A stretch of 64,000 nucleotides of DNA, taken from positions 16,243-80,242 of the forward strand of contig CAZRZA010000001.1 in NCBI GenBank assembly GCA_964604515.1, given 5' to 3'. This stretch comes from an uncultured Gammaproteobacteria bacterium. Its GTDB lineage: Bacteria; Patescibacteriota; Patescibacteriia; UBA1558; GWA2-36-10. Shown here in pieces: positions 30,339 to 39,866 of this stretch (position 1 is the first letter of the stretch; each line of letters begins with the position of its first letter). The translations under genes and the position numbers were made by a program. Under the pieces are notes generated by a model. It was not told the origin of the DNA, did no database searches, and worked only from the letters and a program-made list of their open reading frames with translations.

Positions 30339-30415
30339 TGGTCGTCCTGCTGGGACTTGAACCCAGGACCTCTACTTTATCAGAGTAGCGCTCTAACCAG
30401 CTGAGCTACAGGACG
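30339..30415 (-). tRNA. tRNA-Ile (GAT)
   Basis: CGTCCTG TAGCTCAGCTGGTTAGAGC G CTACT-CTGATAA-AGTAG AGGTC CTGGG-TTCAAGT-CCCAG CAGGACG A CCA; full cloverleaf with encoded CCA. Confidence 0.97.
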
Positions 30416-30461
30416 TAAAAACAGTTCAATTATAGATTAATTTTATAGTTTTGTACAGCCT

Positions 30462-31568
30462 TTAACTATTTATAATATTGATTTTATCACCAATATGTTT
30501 TAATACTAATTTTTGTGCTCCCTCTAAATCTTTATCTATTGTTACTTTACTAAAATTATTCTTACCTTTTCCTTCTAATTCTGAAGTTAAGTCTAAAGAA
30601 TCTATATTATCAATAGTATAAACCCAAGCTTCTGTTTTATTTAATTCTAATTGATAAAAGATAATAGCAACTTGAGCAGTATTAGTAGATAATATTAATT
30701 CTTTAATCATATCAGAAAAATCTTGAGGTATATTTGCTATTTCGTCATATCTTAAGAAAGAAGAAATAAGATATTTATCTTGTTTTAATCTGCTTAATAC
30801 TTTGCCCCAATTCTTTAAAGTATTAACATCTTTAGTTCTATATAAATGTTCAATAATAGCTTCTCGATCAGCTCCTTTATTAATTAAATTACTAGCTAAT
30901 TCTAAAGTAGTCGGTGTAACTTGAGAAGACTGAAAGCTATTAGTAGCAGCTATCATACCAGTTAATAAAGCGGTACTCATATCTTTATTAAGATTCTTTT
31001 CTAAAATATGATAAGACATTTCTGCTAAAGATGTACTAGAGCTTTTAACTACATTTAATTGCCCATAATTTTCATTAATCAAAGAATTATCTAAATTAAT
31101 AACAGGTATTTCATGAAAAAAACTACTATGTTCTTTAAAAATATCTCCTAAATCATTTAAACTATTGGCTCCAAAAGAAATAATTAAATCATATTTATAT
31201 TCTCCTACTTGAGATTTAATATGCTCTTCTTTTAACACTCCTCCTTGAGGATCAATATTAATATGTAATTCATTACCTTTTATATTATAATCTAATTTAT
31301 CTACCTGAGCTTTAGAAATATCTAAAATAATTTTAAAACTATTCAAAATATTAAAATCTCTATTTAGCTTATCTTTACTATTTAAAAAAGGTAAATTAAT
31401 TATATCTCCCGAAAAGAATAAGTCTACTTTCTTATCTTTTAAAGCTAAAAAATTTTGCCAAGCCAAAGCAGTGCTAAGGACATCTATATTAGGACTAGCT
31501 GGTCCAGTCAAAAGAATATTTTGATAGGAATTTAAAATTTTACTTAATTCTTTTAAGGGTAAATTCAT
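30462..31568 (-). CDS. Degenerate DHH-family (NrnA-like) protein with internal insertion
   Basis: NrnA-like segments (YDLIIS, NENYGQLN, SSTSLAEM, LLTGMIAATNSF, WGKVLSRL), but DGD is replaced by NID and DHH by DNS. Confidence 0.75.
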   Translation of the reverse strand: MNLPLKELSKILNSYQNILLTGPASPNIDVLSTALAWQNFLALKDKKVDLFFSGDIINLPFLNSKDKLNRDFNILNSFKIILDISKAQVDKLDYNIKGNELHINIDPQGGVLKEEHIKSQVGEYKYDLIISFGANSLNDLGDIFKEHSSFFHEIPVINLDNSLINENYGQLNVVKSSSTSLAEMSYHILEKNLNKDMSTALLTGMIAATNSFQSSQVTPTTLELASNLINKGADREAIIEHLYRTKDVNTLKNWGKVLSRLKQDKYLISSFLRYDEIANIPQDFSDMIKELILSTNTAQVAIIFYQLELNKTEAWVYTIDNIDSLDLTSELEGKGKNNFSKVTIDKDLEGAQKLVLKHIGDKINIINS

Positions 31569-31631
31569 ATTATACTTTTAAGGGGAAAGTTACTTATATT
31601 ATAATAAAAGTAATATTTTGTCAATGTTAAT

Positions 31632-31750
31632 AAAAAAAGACTATCAGTTATTGTTTAATAATCTTAAAGTCTTCCGGCTCTAAGATTATTAAGCGCTGAT
31701 AGTCTCTGGAGACGAGTTGTGGCAAGCTTTAAAAAGCTCTTCTCGTCTTG
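31632..31750 (-). ncRNA. Candidate structured small RNA (two hairpins, T-run end)
   Basis: Stems agactatcag/ctgatagtct (31638-47/31696-705), ttaataatctta/taagattattaa, agacgag/ctcgtct. Confidence 0.45.
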
Positions 31751-31787
31751 TAAAATATATTAACATATTTTTTAAAAGTTGTAAAAA

Positions 31788-32753
31788 CTACTCAATTCTA
31801 AGCTTATTATTTTCATTAATTAACTTCCCTGGAAAAGAAAAAGCAGCTGCTTTCTTATGTCCTCCCCCTCCCATTAGCTTTGCTAATTCAGAAACATCTA
31901 AATCTTTTTCTGTAGTCCTAAAAGAACCCTTAATCATTCCTTTTTCTTCTGTTAATAATAATACTAAGCGAGCTTCTTTTAATAATTGTAAGAAATTAAT
32001 TAAATTATTAACAGCTGTTCCATCAACACCAGCTTCAATAAAGTCCTCTGTAGTTAAAAAAGTATATACTAAACCATATTTAGGAACAGTAGTTAATCTT
32101 TCAAAAGCTTTGCCCCAAATCTTTAAATCTAATAAATTATTTTTACTTAAGGTTATTTGAATTATTTTATTTATATTAGCACCATTATCTACTAATTCTG
32201 AGGCTGCTAAAAGAGATTGATAATTAGTAGCTGGATTTAAAAAGCCTCCTGTGTCTGTAATAATACCACAAGCTAAACAAGTTGCTATTTGATTATTCCA
32301 ATCTATATTCCAATCTTTCAATAATCTAAAAACTACTTCTGCTGTTGAAGAGGCAGAGGTAACCACTAAATTAATATCTCCATATAAAGGATTAGTGGCA
32401 TGATGGTCTATATTTATTAATTTATAATCATTTGTTAAGGCGGTTAATAAATTAGCTACTCCAGCATATTCTAAGCTACCAGAGTCTAAAATAATTACTA
32501 AATCATAATTCTCAGAAAAAACTAAATGATTATTGGTTAATAAATTACTTTGTGGTAAAAATTTTAAATACTCTGGTAATTCATCTAAACAAAAAGAAGT
32601 GATGTCTTTACCCATTCTTTTTAAGTAAATATGTAAAGCTAAATTAGAGCCGGAGGTGTCTCCGTCTGGTTTTTTATGAGAAAGAAGTAATATCTTTTGT
32701 GCTTTATTTATTTCTTCTCTAATCTGATTACTTATATTTTTATGATTATTCAT
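31788..32753 (-). CDS. nrnA: Bifunctional oligoribonuclease/PAP phosphatase NrnA (DHH/DHHA1)
   Basis: SHKKPDGD, ILDSG, NIDHH, TDTGGF, KGSFR, GGGGHKKAAAF. Confidence 0.93.
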   Translation of the reverse strand: MNNHKNISNQIREEINKAQKILLLSHKKPDGDTSGSNLALHIYLKRMGKDITSFCLDELPEYLKFLPQSNLLTNNHLVFSENYDLVIILDSGSLEYAGVANLLTALTNDYKLINIDHHATNPLYGDINLVVTSASSTAEVVFRLLKDWNIDWNNQIATCLACGIITDTGGFLNPATNYQSLLAASELVDNGANINKIIQITLSKNNLLDLKIWGKAFERLTTVPKYGLVYTFLTTEDFIEAGVDGTAVNNLINFLQLLKEARLVLLLTEEKGMIKGSFRTTEKDLDVSELAKLMGGGGHKKAAAFSFPGKLINENNKLRIE

Positions 32754-32821
32754 AACATAGTAGTATAAGTAAAAAAAGTATTTAAGTCAATACAAAAACC
32801 CTATTAAATTAATAATAGGGC

Positions 32822-33052
32822 TTATGATCTAATCCAGGTAATACCATCTTTGGCTTTTATGATATAATTTTTAATACTTCTTCCTTTATAAATATTCTTT
32901 AAATATTCTAAAGAAATATCTTTATAATTACTCATAATTACTGTTTTAGTTGTAATATATTTAATTAAATCCCTATGATCAGGACCACCAAAATAATATT
33001 TTTTACCTAAACTAGACTTACACTCTACAAAGAATGTTTTGCCATTTTTCAT
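32822..33052 (-). CDS. Hypothetical orphan protein (76 aa)
   Basis: AGGAG SD, TTGACA promoter, downstream hairpin 32796-32820. Confidence 0.6.
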   Translation of the reverse strand: MKNGKTFFVECKSSLGKKYYFGGPDHRDLIKYITTKTVIMSNYKDISLEYLKNIYKGRSIKNYIIKAKDGITWIRS

Positions 33053-33118
33053 ATCGTCTCCTTTTTTAAATGAACTTAAGTTATATTAAACTACTATAAC
33101 CTATATTATGTGTCAAGA

Positions 33119-33445
33119 TTACTCTTTTAAAGCATCTTCTATCTCTTTATACCTTAAGTCTCTTTCATCAATAGCCCAGTGTACTTTAGGCACTTGTCTA
33201 ATAAAAAGAGCTTTATTTAATTCTCTCTGCACATGACTACCAAATTTTTTCATTATTTTTAAACCAGTTCCTAATTGATCTTGAGGTATAATACTTAAAT
33301 AAGCAGTAGCATTTTTTAAATCTGGAGAAACAGATACTTCAGAAACACTTATTAAACTACCTCTTGGTGGCTCAAAATCTTTAATAATAATTTTATTAAT
33401 TTCTTCTCTTAATAATTCTGAAACCTGTTCTGTTCTTTTACTCAT
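33119..33445 (-). CDS. rbfA: Ribosome-binding factor A (start revised to 33445)
   Basis: MSKRTEQVSELLREEI, VSVSPDLKNA, RQVPKV; follows infB. Confidence 0.95.
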   Translation of the reverse strand: MSKRTEQVSELLREEINKIIIKDFEPPRGSLISVSEVSVSPDLKNATAYLSIIPQDQLGTGLKIMKKFGSHVQRELNKALFIRQVPKVHWAIDERDLRYKEIEDALKE

Positions 33446-35396
33446 GACTTTCTTCAAAAAATTCTAAAATATCACCTTCTTGAATTAAAGGGTCACCCTT
33501 AAATTCTATGCCCGCTTCATTACCTTCTACTACTTCCGAAACATTTTCTTTGGCTGCTTGTAAGTTCTCTATTTCTCCAATAGCTTCTATTTCATCATTA
33601 TGCCAAACTTTAATTTTAGATTCTTTAACGGCTTTACCCTCTATTACTTTACCACCAATAACCATACCATCTTTTTTAGTTTTAAAAATAGCCAAAACCT
33701 TTAAACGACCTAAGGACTTATGAACCGTTCTTTGTACTTTTATATTTTTTAATCTTTCTCCTATTTCTTCTAATAATTTATAAATTATATCAAAATATAA
33801 TATCTGAACACCTTTTTCTTGAGCTAAATTATTTATAGCCTTGTTATCTTTAATATGAAAGCCTAATATTAAAGCCTGAGAAGCTTCTGCTTTCATAATA
33901 TCATCTTCAGTAATTTGTCCTAAGCCTTTCTTTAAAACTTTAATCTTAGCCTGTGGTATTTCTATTTTATTTAATGACTCTTCAATAGCTTCTGCTGATC
34001 CTAAAACATCAGACTTAATTATTAAGTTTAGGGTATTAAATTCTTCCTCATCTTCTTTGCTAGTAACAGCAGCTGTTTTAATAGGAGAATGTGATGTTAA
34101 GGCTTTTAATTTCTTCTTATGCTCTTTTTTATCTGTAATAACTTCTAATATTTCACCTACTTTAGGTAGTTGTTTTAAGCCTAAAATTCTAACGGGAGTT
34201 CCCGGTGTAGCTTCTTTAACATTGTTACCTTTCCAATCTCTTAATATTTTAATTTTACCTGGCACCTCACCAACGATAAACATATCACCTGTCATTAATG
34301 TTCCGGCTTGTACTAAAATAGTAGCTATTGGTCCTTCACTTTTATCAATATGAGATTCAATAATCGTTCCTAAAGCTGATCCTTTATGATCTGCTTTTAA
34401 TTCTTTCATATCAGCAATTAAAAGAACTAAGTCTAATAATTCTGTAATACCCTTATTAAATTTAGCAGAAATGGGGTGACAAGTAATATCCCCTCCCCAA
34501 TCTTCAGGCATTAAATTAATTTCAGATAATTGTTGTTTGACCTTTTCTATGTCTGCATTATCTTTATCTATTTTATTAATAGCAACTATAAAAGGAAGTT
34601 TTTCTTTTTGAATAACAGAAATACTTTCTAAGGTTTGTGGCTGTAGACCATCATCAGCAGCTACTACTAAAATAGCAACATCAGCTATTTGTCCTCCTCG
34701 AGAACGCATAGCTTTAAAGGCTTCGTGACCTGGAGTATCTAAAAAAGTAATCAACCTTCCTTTGTCTTCAGCTTGATAAGCACCGATATGTTGGGTGATG
34801 CTACCTGCTTCTTGATCAATAATATTAGTATTACGAATAGCGTCTAATAATTTAGTCTTTCCATGGTCAACGTGTCCCATAACAACAACTACCGGCGGCT
34901 TTTCACCTTTACCCTCTCTTTTAGATAATAATTCTACTAACTTTTCTCTATTAGTCTTATCTTCTTTTTCTTCTTCATTGTTCTTAATTACCTTAAATCC
35001 TAGATCTTCTGAAATAATACTAGCTGTATCAAAGTCTATTTTCTCATTTAGAGAAACCATAATTCCATTCTTCATTAATTCCGCCATTAATTTAACAACT
35101 GGCAGTTTCATTAATTCCGCCATGTCTTTAACGATAATAGTTTCTCCGATACTAATTTCTTTTTGTTCCTCTTTTATCTCCTTCTCTTTTTTATCAGAAA
35201 CCTCTTTAACCTTAGATAGCTCTTCTTTTAATCTACTCTTTTTAATATCTTTTTTCCAAGCAGCTATTATCTTAGGAACTAAACTATCATCAACTTTTAT
35301 AGCTTTAGCGCCAATATCAAAACCAATTTCTGGTAATTTTTCCAAAAGTTCATTAGTGGTAACTTTTAATTGTCTAGCTAGGCTGCTAACATTCAT
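33438..35396 (-). CDS. infB: Translation initiation factor IF-2 (start revised to 35396)
   Basis: MGHVDHGKTKLLD, ITQHIGAY, DTPGHEAF, NKID, EDWGG. Confidence 0.99.
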   Translation of the reverse strand: MNVSSLARQLKVTTNELLEKLPEIGFDIGAKAIKVDDSLVPKIIAAWKKDIKKSRLKEELSKVKEVSDKKEKEIKEEQKEISIGETIIVKDMAELMKLPVVKLMAELMKNGIMVSLNEKIDFDTASIISEDLGFKVIKNNEEEKEDKTNREKLVELLSKREGKGEKPPVVVVMGHVDHGKTKLLDAIRNTNIIDQEAGSITQHIGAYQAEDKGRLITFLDTPGHEAFKAMRSRGGQIADVAILVVAADDGLQPQTLESISVIQKEKLPFIVAINKIDKDNADIEKVKQQLSEINLMPEDWGGDITCHPISAKFNKGITELLDLVLLIADMKELKADHKGSALGTIIESHIDKSEGPIATILVQAGTLMTGDMFIVGEVPGKIKILRDWKGNNVKEATPGTPVRILGLKQLPKVGEILEVITDKKEHKKKLKALTSHSPIKTAAVTSKEDEEEFNTLNLIIKSDVLGSAEAIEESLNKIEIPQAKIKVLKKGLGQITEDDIMKAEASQALILGFHIKDNKAINNLAQEKGVQILYFDIIYKLLEEIGERLKNIKVQRTVHKSLGRLKVLAIFKTKKDGMVIGGKVIEGKAVKESKIKVWHNDEIEAIGEIENLQAAKENVSEVVEGNEAGIEFKGDPLIQEGDILEFFEESHE

Positions 35397-35521
35397 ATAA
35401 TTTAGTAAATATGGCATTACTTTACTAAATTTAGCTTAAAAAGTCAACTCTCTTGATTTATATTATTATTTGACATGTGGTATTATAATATATATTATAA
35501 GGTTATTATTTATTTAAACTT

Positions 35522-36022
35522 ATGGAGTTCAAAAACTTTAGACCAGACTGGAACAATCCAACGCCTGATATGTTTTCTTCTCATGCCGCTTATTTAAAGT
35601 ATATGGAATCAATAGAAAGAGAATATATTGAAGAAGAGTCTTTAGGGTTAGAAAAATTAAAAGAAAATATAAAAAAAGAAAATTGTTCAGAAGAAACAAA
35701 AGAAAGTGCTTTAGAGTTAATAGAAGATATTTATAATTATGCTTTAGACTATGTCTCTATAATAAGAAAACAAGGTAATATAAAATCTAATAACAAAGAA
35801 GAAGAGTATAAAGAGAAAATGGAAACTATAGATGAGGCTAGAACTAGAAAACATAATACTTTAATAGATTCTATAAATATTGCTAATAGGTACCTGATTA
35901 ATAATTTTGAAAAATTTAAATCTAATCCTATAAAGGTTAGTACCGATAATAGAGATGTGGTTAAGGATTGGGCCATAAGATTAATGGAAGAATTAAGTAA
36001 AATAAAAAAAAGCTCCATATAA
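35522..36022 (+). CDS. Helical protein, DUF3232-like
   Basis: DEARTRKHNTLIDSINIANRYL...NRDVVKDWA. Confidence 0.6.
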   Translation: MEFKNFRPDWNNPTPDMFSSHAAYLKYMESIEREYIEEESLGLEKLKENIKKENCSEETKESALELIEDIYNYALDYVSIIRKQGNIKSNNKEEEYKEKMETIDEARTRKHNTLIDSINIANRYLINNFEKFKSNPIKVSTDNRDVVKDWAIRLMEELSKIKKSSI

Positions 36023-36053
36023 ATATGAAGCTTTTAAGGTTTGGATGAAATGC

Positions 36054-36317
36054 TCATCTAGCTTTATTAACCTGTTTAAAAAACCAAGGTCTAATTAAAT
36101 CATTATAAAGCTCTCTGTTAGAATTAGGTATTATTATTCTTTTTTCCTCTATTTTTTTTCTAAAAATAGAAAAAAGAATACCAATCTCTTCCTTTCTCCT
36201 ATTTTTATTTAATGTACTAGTTTTATTAAGATTGCCCCTCACCACCTTAATAACAATTTTAGATGCTATCTCTGCTAACTTAACATCTGTTCTTAAGACT
36301 GAATTAAAATTATTCAT
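36054..36317 (-). CDS. Hypothetical orphan protein (start revised to 36317)
   Basis: AGGAG SD before MNNFNSV; TTGACT promoter at 36370-36375. Confidence 0.55.
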   Translation of the reverse strand: MNNFNSVLRTDVKLAEIASKIVIKVVRGNLNKTSTLNKNRRKEEIGILFSIFRKKIEEKRIIIPNSNRELYNDLIRPWFFKQVNKAR

Positions 36318-36635
36318 CTTTATTCTCCTTTCTCTTAAGAACTTTATATTAACATATTTTATCATTTTAGTCAATAGCAATGATAGCGCCCTTGATTTAT
36401 ATTACTCTTTATGTTAAAGTATTGATAAGGATAATAATCCTTAATAATCAGTAAATTACTGTTTTAAATTTAATTATTTTAAACAAAATATTGAAAATAC
36501 TTATAAATTCTGATTAAGATATAATAGATGAAATTGTCTAATAAAGCTCAAAAAATAATATTAGAAAATAACCTAAAATATAGGTTATTTATTGAATCTC
36601 AAAGAACAAAACAGTAGAAGAAAGGAAACTATAAA

Positions 36636-38150
36636 ATGGAATATATGTTAATAGCCGGCGCTTTAATTATAGGTGTTATTTTTGGTTTCTTCCTAAAACA
36701 AGCTTTAACAAGTAAGGCTATATCATCTGCTAAGAAAAAAGCAGATAGTATCTTAGAAGAAACAAAAAACAAAGCACAAAATTTAATATTAGAAGCTAAA
36801 GAAAAATCTACTAGTATTATTGAAGAGGCTAAGAAAGAAGAAAAGGAAAGAAGAAATCAATTACAACAATTAGAAAATAGAATAAATAAAAGAGAAAGTC
36901 TCTTTGATAAAAAACTTCTAGAGTTAGAAGAAAAAAAGACTGAAAATGAAAAACTTAATAAATTATTAAGTAAAGAAAAAAAAGATATTAAAAAGATTAG
37001 AAAAGAACAACTAGCTAAATTAGAAAAAATAGCTAAATTAACAACTACAGAAGCTAAAGATGTTATTCTAAAAAATACTGAAATGAGAATGAAAGATGAA
37101 TTACTTCATAGAATACGTAAATTAGAAAATGAAGCCTCAGAGACTTTAGAAAAAAAAGCTAAAGAAATGTTAACTACAGTTATTGAAAGATGTGCAGCTG
37201 CTCATACTGTAGAAACAACAACCACTAATGTTAATCTTCCTAATGAAGAAATGAAAGGCAGAATTATAGGAAGAGAAGGAAGAAATATTAAGGTAATTGA
37301 ACGCTTAACAGGTGTTGAGATAATTATAGATGATACTCCGGAGGTTATTACAATTTCTGCTTTTAATCCTGTTCGTAGACAATTAGCTAAAAAAACATTA
37401 GACAAATTAATGGAAGATGGTCGTATTCATCCTGGTCGTATAGAAAAGACTATTGAAGAGGTTAAAAGAGATTTAGCCTTAGATATTAAAAAAACCGGAG
37501 AAGAAGCTGCTTATAAAGCGGGTGTAATTGGTTTAGATAATAAATTATTACAAATATTAGGTAGACTAAAGTTTAGAACTAGTTATGGACAAAATCAACT
37601 TCAACATGCTTTAGAGGTCTCTTATCTTTCTGGTTTATTAGCCTTTGAATTAGGAGCTAATGTTTCTGTCTGCAAAAAGGGTGGTCTTTTACATGATATT
37701 GGTAAAGCTTTAGATCATGAAATACAAGGATCACATCCTGATATAGGCTATGACTTAATGTTAAAGTTTGGCTTATCAGAAGAAGTAGCTTATATGTCTA
37801 TTGCTCATCATGAAGACAAACCTAAGACATTAGAAGGTTTGGTGGTTAAAATAGCGGATGCTGTTTCTGGTTCTAGGCCAGGAGCTCGTAGAGATACATT
37901 AGAGAAGTATATACAAAGATTAACAGAATTAGAAGATACTGCTAAATCTTTTTCTGGTGTTGAAAAAGTATATGCTATACAAGCTGGTAAAGAAATTAGA
38001 GTTTTTGTTTCTTCTGAAAAAATAAGTGATTTAGAGGCTACTAAATTAGCTAGAGATATAGCTAATAAAATAGAAGAGGAATTAAAATATCCTGGAGAAA
38101 TAAAAGTTAATGTTATTAGAGAAACTAGAGTAATAGAATATGCCAGATAA
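36636..38150 (+). CDS. rny: Ribonuclease Y
   Basis: N-terminal TM, coiled coil, KH (KGRIIGREGRNI), HD (LLHDIGK), C-terminal KYPGEIKVNVIRE. Confidence 0.99.
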   Translation: MEYMLIAGALIIGVIFGFFLKQALTSKAISSAKKKADSILEETKNKAQNLILEAKEKSTSIIEEAKKEEKERRNQLQQLENRINKRESLFDKKLLELEEKKTENEKLNKLLSKEKKDIKKIRKEQLAKLEKIAKLTTTEAKDVILKNTEMRMKDELLHRIRKLENEASETLEKKAKEMLTTVIERCAAAHTVETTTTNVNLPNEEMKGRIIGREGRNIKVIERLTGVEIIIDDTPEVITISAFNPVRRQLAKKTLDKLMEDGRIHPGRIEKTIEEVKRDLALDIKKTGEEAAYKAGVIGLDNKLLQILGRLKFRTSYGQNQLQHALEVSYLSGLLAFELGANVSVCKKGGLLHDIGKALDHEIQGSHPDIGYDLMLKFGLSEEVAYMSIAHHEDKPKTLEGLVVKIADAVSGSRPGARRDTLEKYIQRLTELEDTAKSFSGVEKVYAIQAGKEIRVFVSSEKISDLEATKLARDIANKIEEELKYPGEIKVNVIRETRVIEYAR

Positions 38151-38931
38151 AATAAAAATAATATTTTTTGGAGACATAACTGGTTCTTTAGCTAGAAAAG
38201 CTATAAAGGATATAGTTCCTCAATGGCAAAAAGAATATAATGTAGATTTATTTATTGGTAATGTTGAAAATTTAGCCCATGGCAAAGGTGTTACTAAAAA
38301 AACCTTAACTGAAATATCTGAGGCTGGTATAAGTATATTTACCGGTGGCAATCATATTAATAATAAAGAAGATTTAAATGAATTAGCAGAAACTACTAAT
38401 TTTAAAATAGCTTCTTTAGCTAATGATAGCACTACTCCTCAAAAATATATTAAACAAAGTATTAATATAAATAATAATAAATTATTTGTAATTAATTTAT
38501 CCGGAAGAGTGTTCATGAAAGATGACAATCTTTCTAATCCTTTTCTAAAAATAGATGAATTATTAAAAGATCTTCCTAAAGATTCTAATATTATAGTTGA
38601 TTTACATGCTGAAGCTACTTCTGAAAAAAGAGCTTTAGGATTATACTTAGATGGTAGAGTAGCTGCTCTAGTTGGTACTCATACTCATATTCCTACTGCT
38701 GATGCTCAAATATTAGAAAAAGAAACAGGCTATATCACAGACATAGGTATGATCGGTCCCCACCCTTCTGTTTTGGGTATTAAGTCTGAAATAATTATTG
38801 AAAAGTTTATAAGTGAAAAAAATATTAGACATGAATTACCAGATTCTGGTAAAATAGAAATAAATGCAGTATTATTAGAAATAGAGAATAACAAAACAAA
38901 ACATATTCAACATTTAAGAAAAATAATATGA
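38140..38931 (+). CDS. ymdB: YmdB family metallophosphoesterase
   Basis: FFGDITG, NVENLAHG, TGGNH, VDLHAEATSEK, GTHTH. Confidence 0.95.
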   Translation: MPDKIKIIFFGDITGSLARKAIKDIVPQWQKEYNVDLFIGNVENLAHGKGVTKKTLTEISEAGISIFTGGNHINNKEDLNELAETTNFKIASLANDSTTPQKYIKQSININNNKLFVINLSGRVFMKDDNLSNPFLKIDELLKDLPKDSNIIVDLHAEATSEKRALGLYLDGRVAALVGTHTHIPTADAQILEKETGYITDIGMIGPHPSVLGIKSEIIIEKFISEKNIRHELPDSGKIEINAVLLEIENNKTKHIQHLRKII

Positions 38932-39206
38932 AAAAAGCAGAATTAATAAAAGAGTTGGCAAAAAAATCAGGTCTTTTTAATATTCAAGTTGAAGATCTTG
39001 TTGAGTCTTTTACAGAATTAGTTATGGAAAGACTAAAAAATGGTCAAGATGTAACTTTAACTGGTTTCGGTACTTTCTCTGCTCGTAAAAGAACAGCTCG
39101 TATTGGAGTTGATCCTCGAGATCCTAGCAAGAGAATTCAAATGCCAGAAATAATGGTACCTAAGTTTAAGGCTGGTAAAACTTTAAAAGATTATTTAAAA
39201 AAATAA
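38928..39206 (+). CDS. hup: HU family DNA-binding protein
   Basis: MKKAELI, VTLTGFGTF, RTARIGVDP, PKFKAGKTLK. Confidence 0.95.
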   Translation: MKKAELIKELAKKSGLFNIQVEDLVESFTELVMERLKNGQDVTLTGFGTFSARKRTARIGVDPRDPSKRIQMPEIMVPKFKAGKTLKDYLKK

Positions 39207-39866
39207 ATGACTTTAAAGGAAATAAAAAAAGATGACCGTATTAATGCTTTTATTGATCAAACAGATATTTACTTAAAAAAATTGGGTTATACTGATCATG
39301 GTCGTAGACATTCTAATATTGTTAGTCAGAGAGCTATGTCTTTAGCTAAGAAAATTGGTTTAAATAAAAAAGATCAAGAAATTAGTGGCATTGCTGGCTG
39401 GTGTCATGATATGGGAAACTTTTTAGGAAGAACTCAACACCATTATTGGGGTGGCTTACTATTTTCTCAATGCTTCATTAATGAAGCTAACCCTCTTGAT
39501 GTTTCTACTATTAGTCAAATAATAGTTTCTCATGATAAAGATGATTTAAAAATAGTTAATAAAGCTACCGCTGCTGTTATTATAGCTGATAAATCAGATG
39601 TACATCGTTCTCGAGTTTTAACCAAAAATATGAGAAAGATAAAAGAAGATATTCATGATCGTGTTAATTATGCTGTTACAGATAATAAATTAACTGTTGC
39701 TAGTAATAAAAAAACCATTACTTTAGCCATAAAATTAGATACAAAATTTACAGATATTATGGATTATTTTTCTATCTTTGTAATTAGAATGAATTATTGC
39801 CAAAAAGCAGCCGAGTATTTAAATTATGAGTTTAAATTAAAAATTAATAATACTATCTTAGCTTAA
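39207..39866 (+). CDS. HD-domain phosphohydrolase
   Basis: GYTDHGRRH, HDMGN, IIADKSDVHRSRV, DIHDRVNYAV. Confidence 0.88.
   Translation: MTLKEIKKDDRINAFIDQTDIYLKKLGYTDHGRRHSNIVSQRAMSLAKKIGLNKKDQEISGIAGWCHDMGNFLGRTQHHYWGGLLFSQCFINEANPLDVSTISQIIVSHDKDDLKIVNKATAAVIIADKSDVHRSRVLTKNMRKIKEDIHDRVNYAVTDNKLTVASNKKTITLAIKLDTKFTDIMDYFSIFVIRMNYCQKAAEYLNYEFKLKINNTILA

Noticed and set aside
30339-30415. tRNA as prophage/island attachment site
   Set aside because: No duplicate of the tRNA 3' end noticed in the window and no adjacent integrase.
31638-31705. SRP (4.5S) RNA, suggested by a rod with apical CCGGAAG
   Set aside because: Lacks the conserved CAGG/AGCA symmetric loop of helix 8; kept only as an unknown sRNA candidate.
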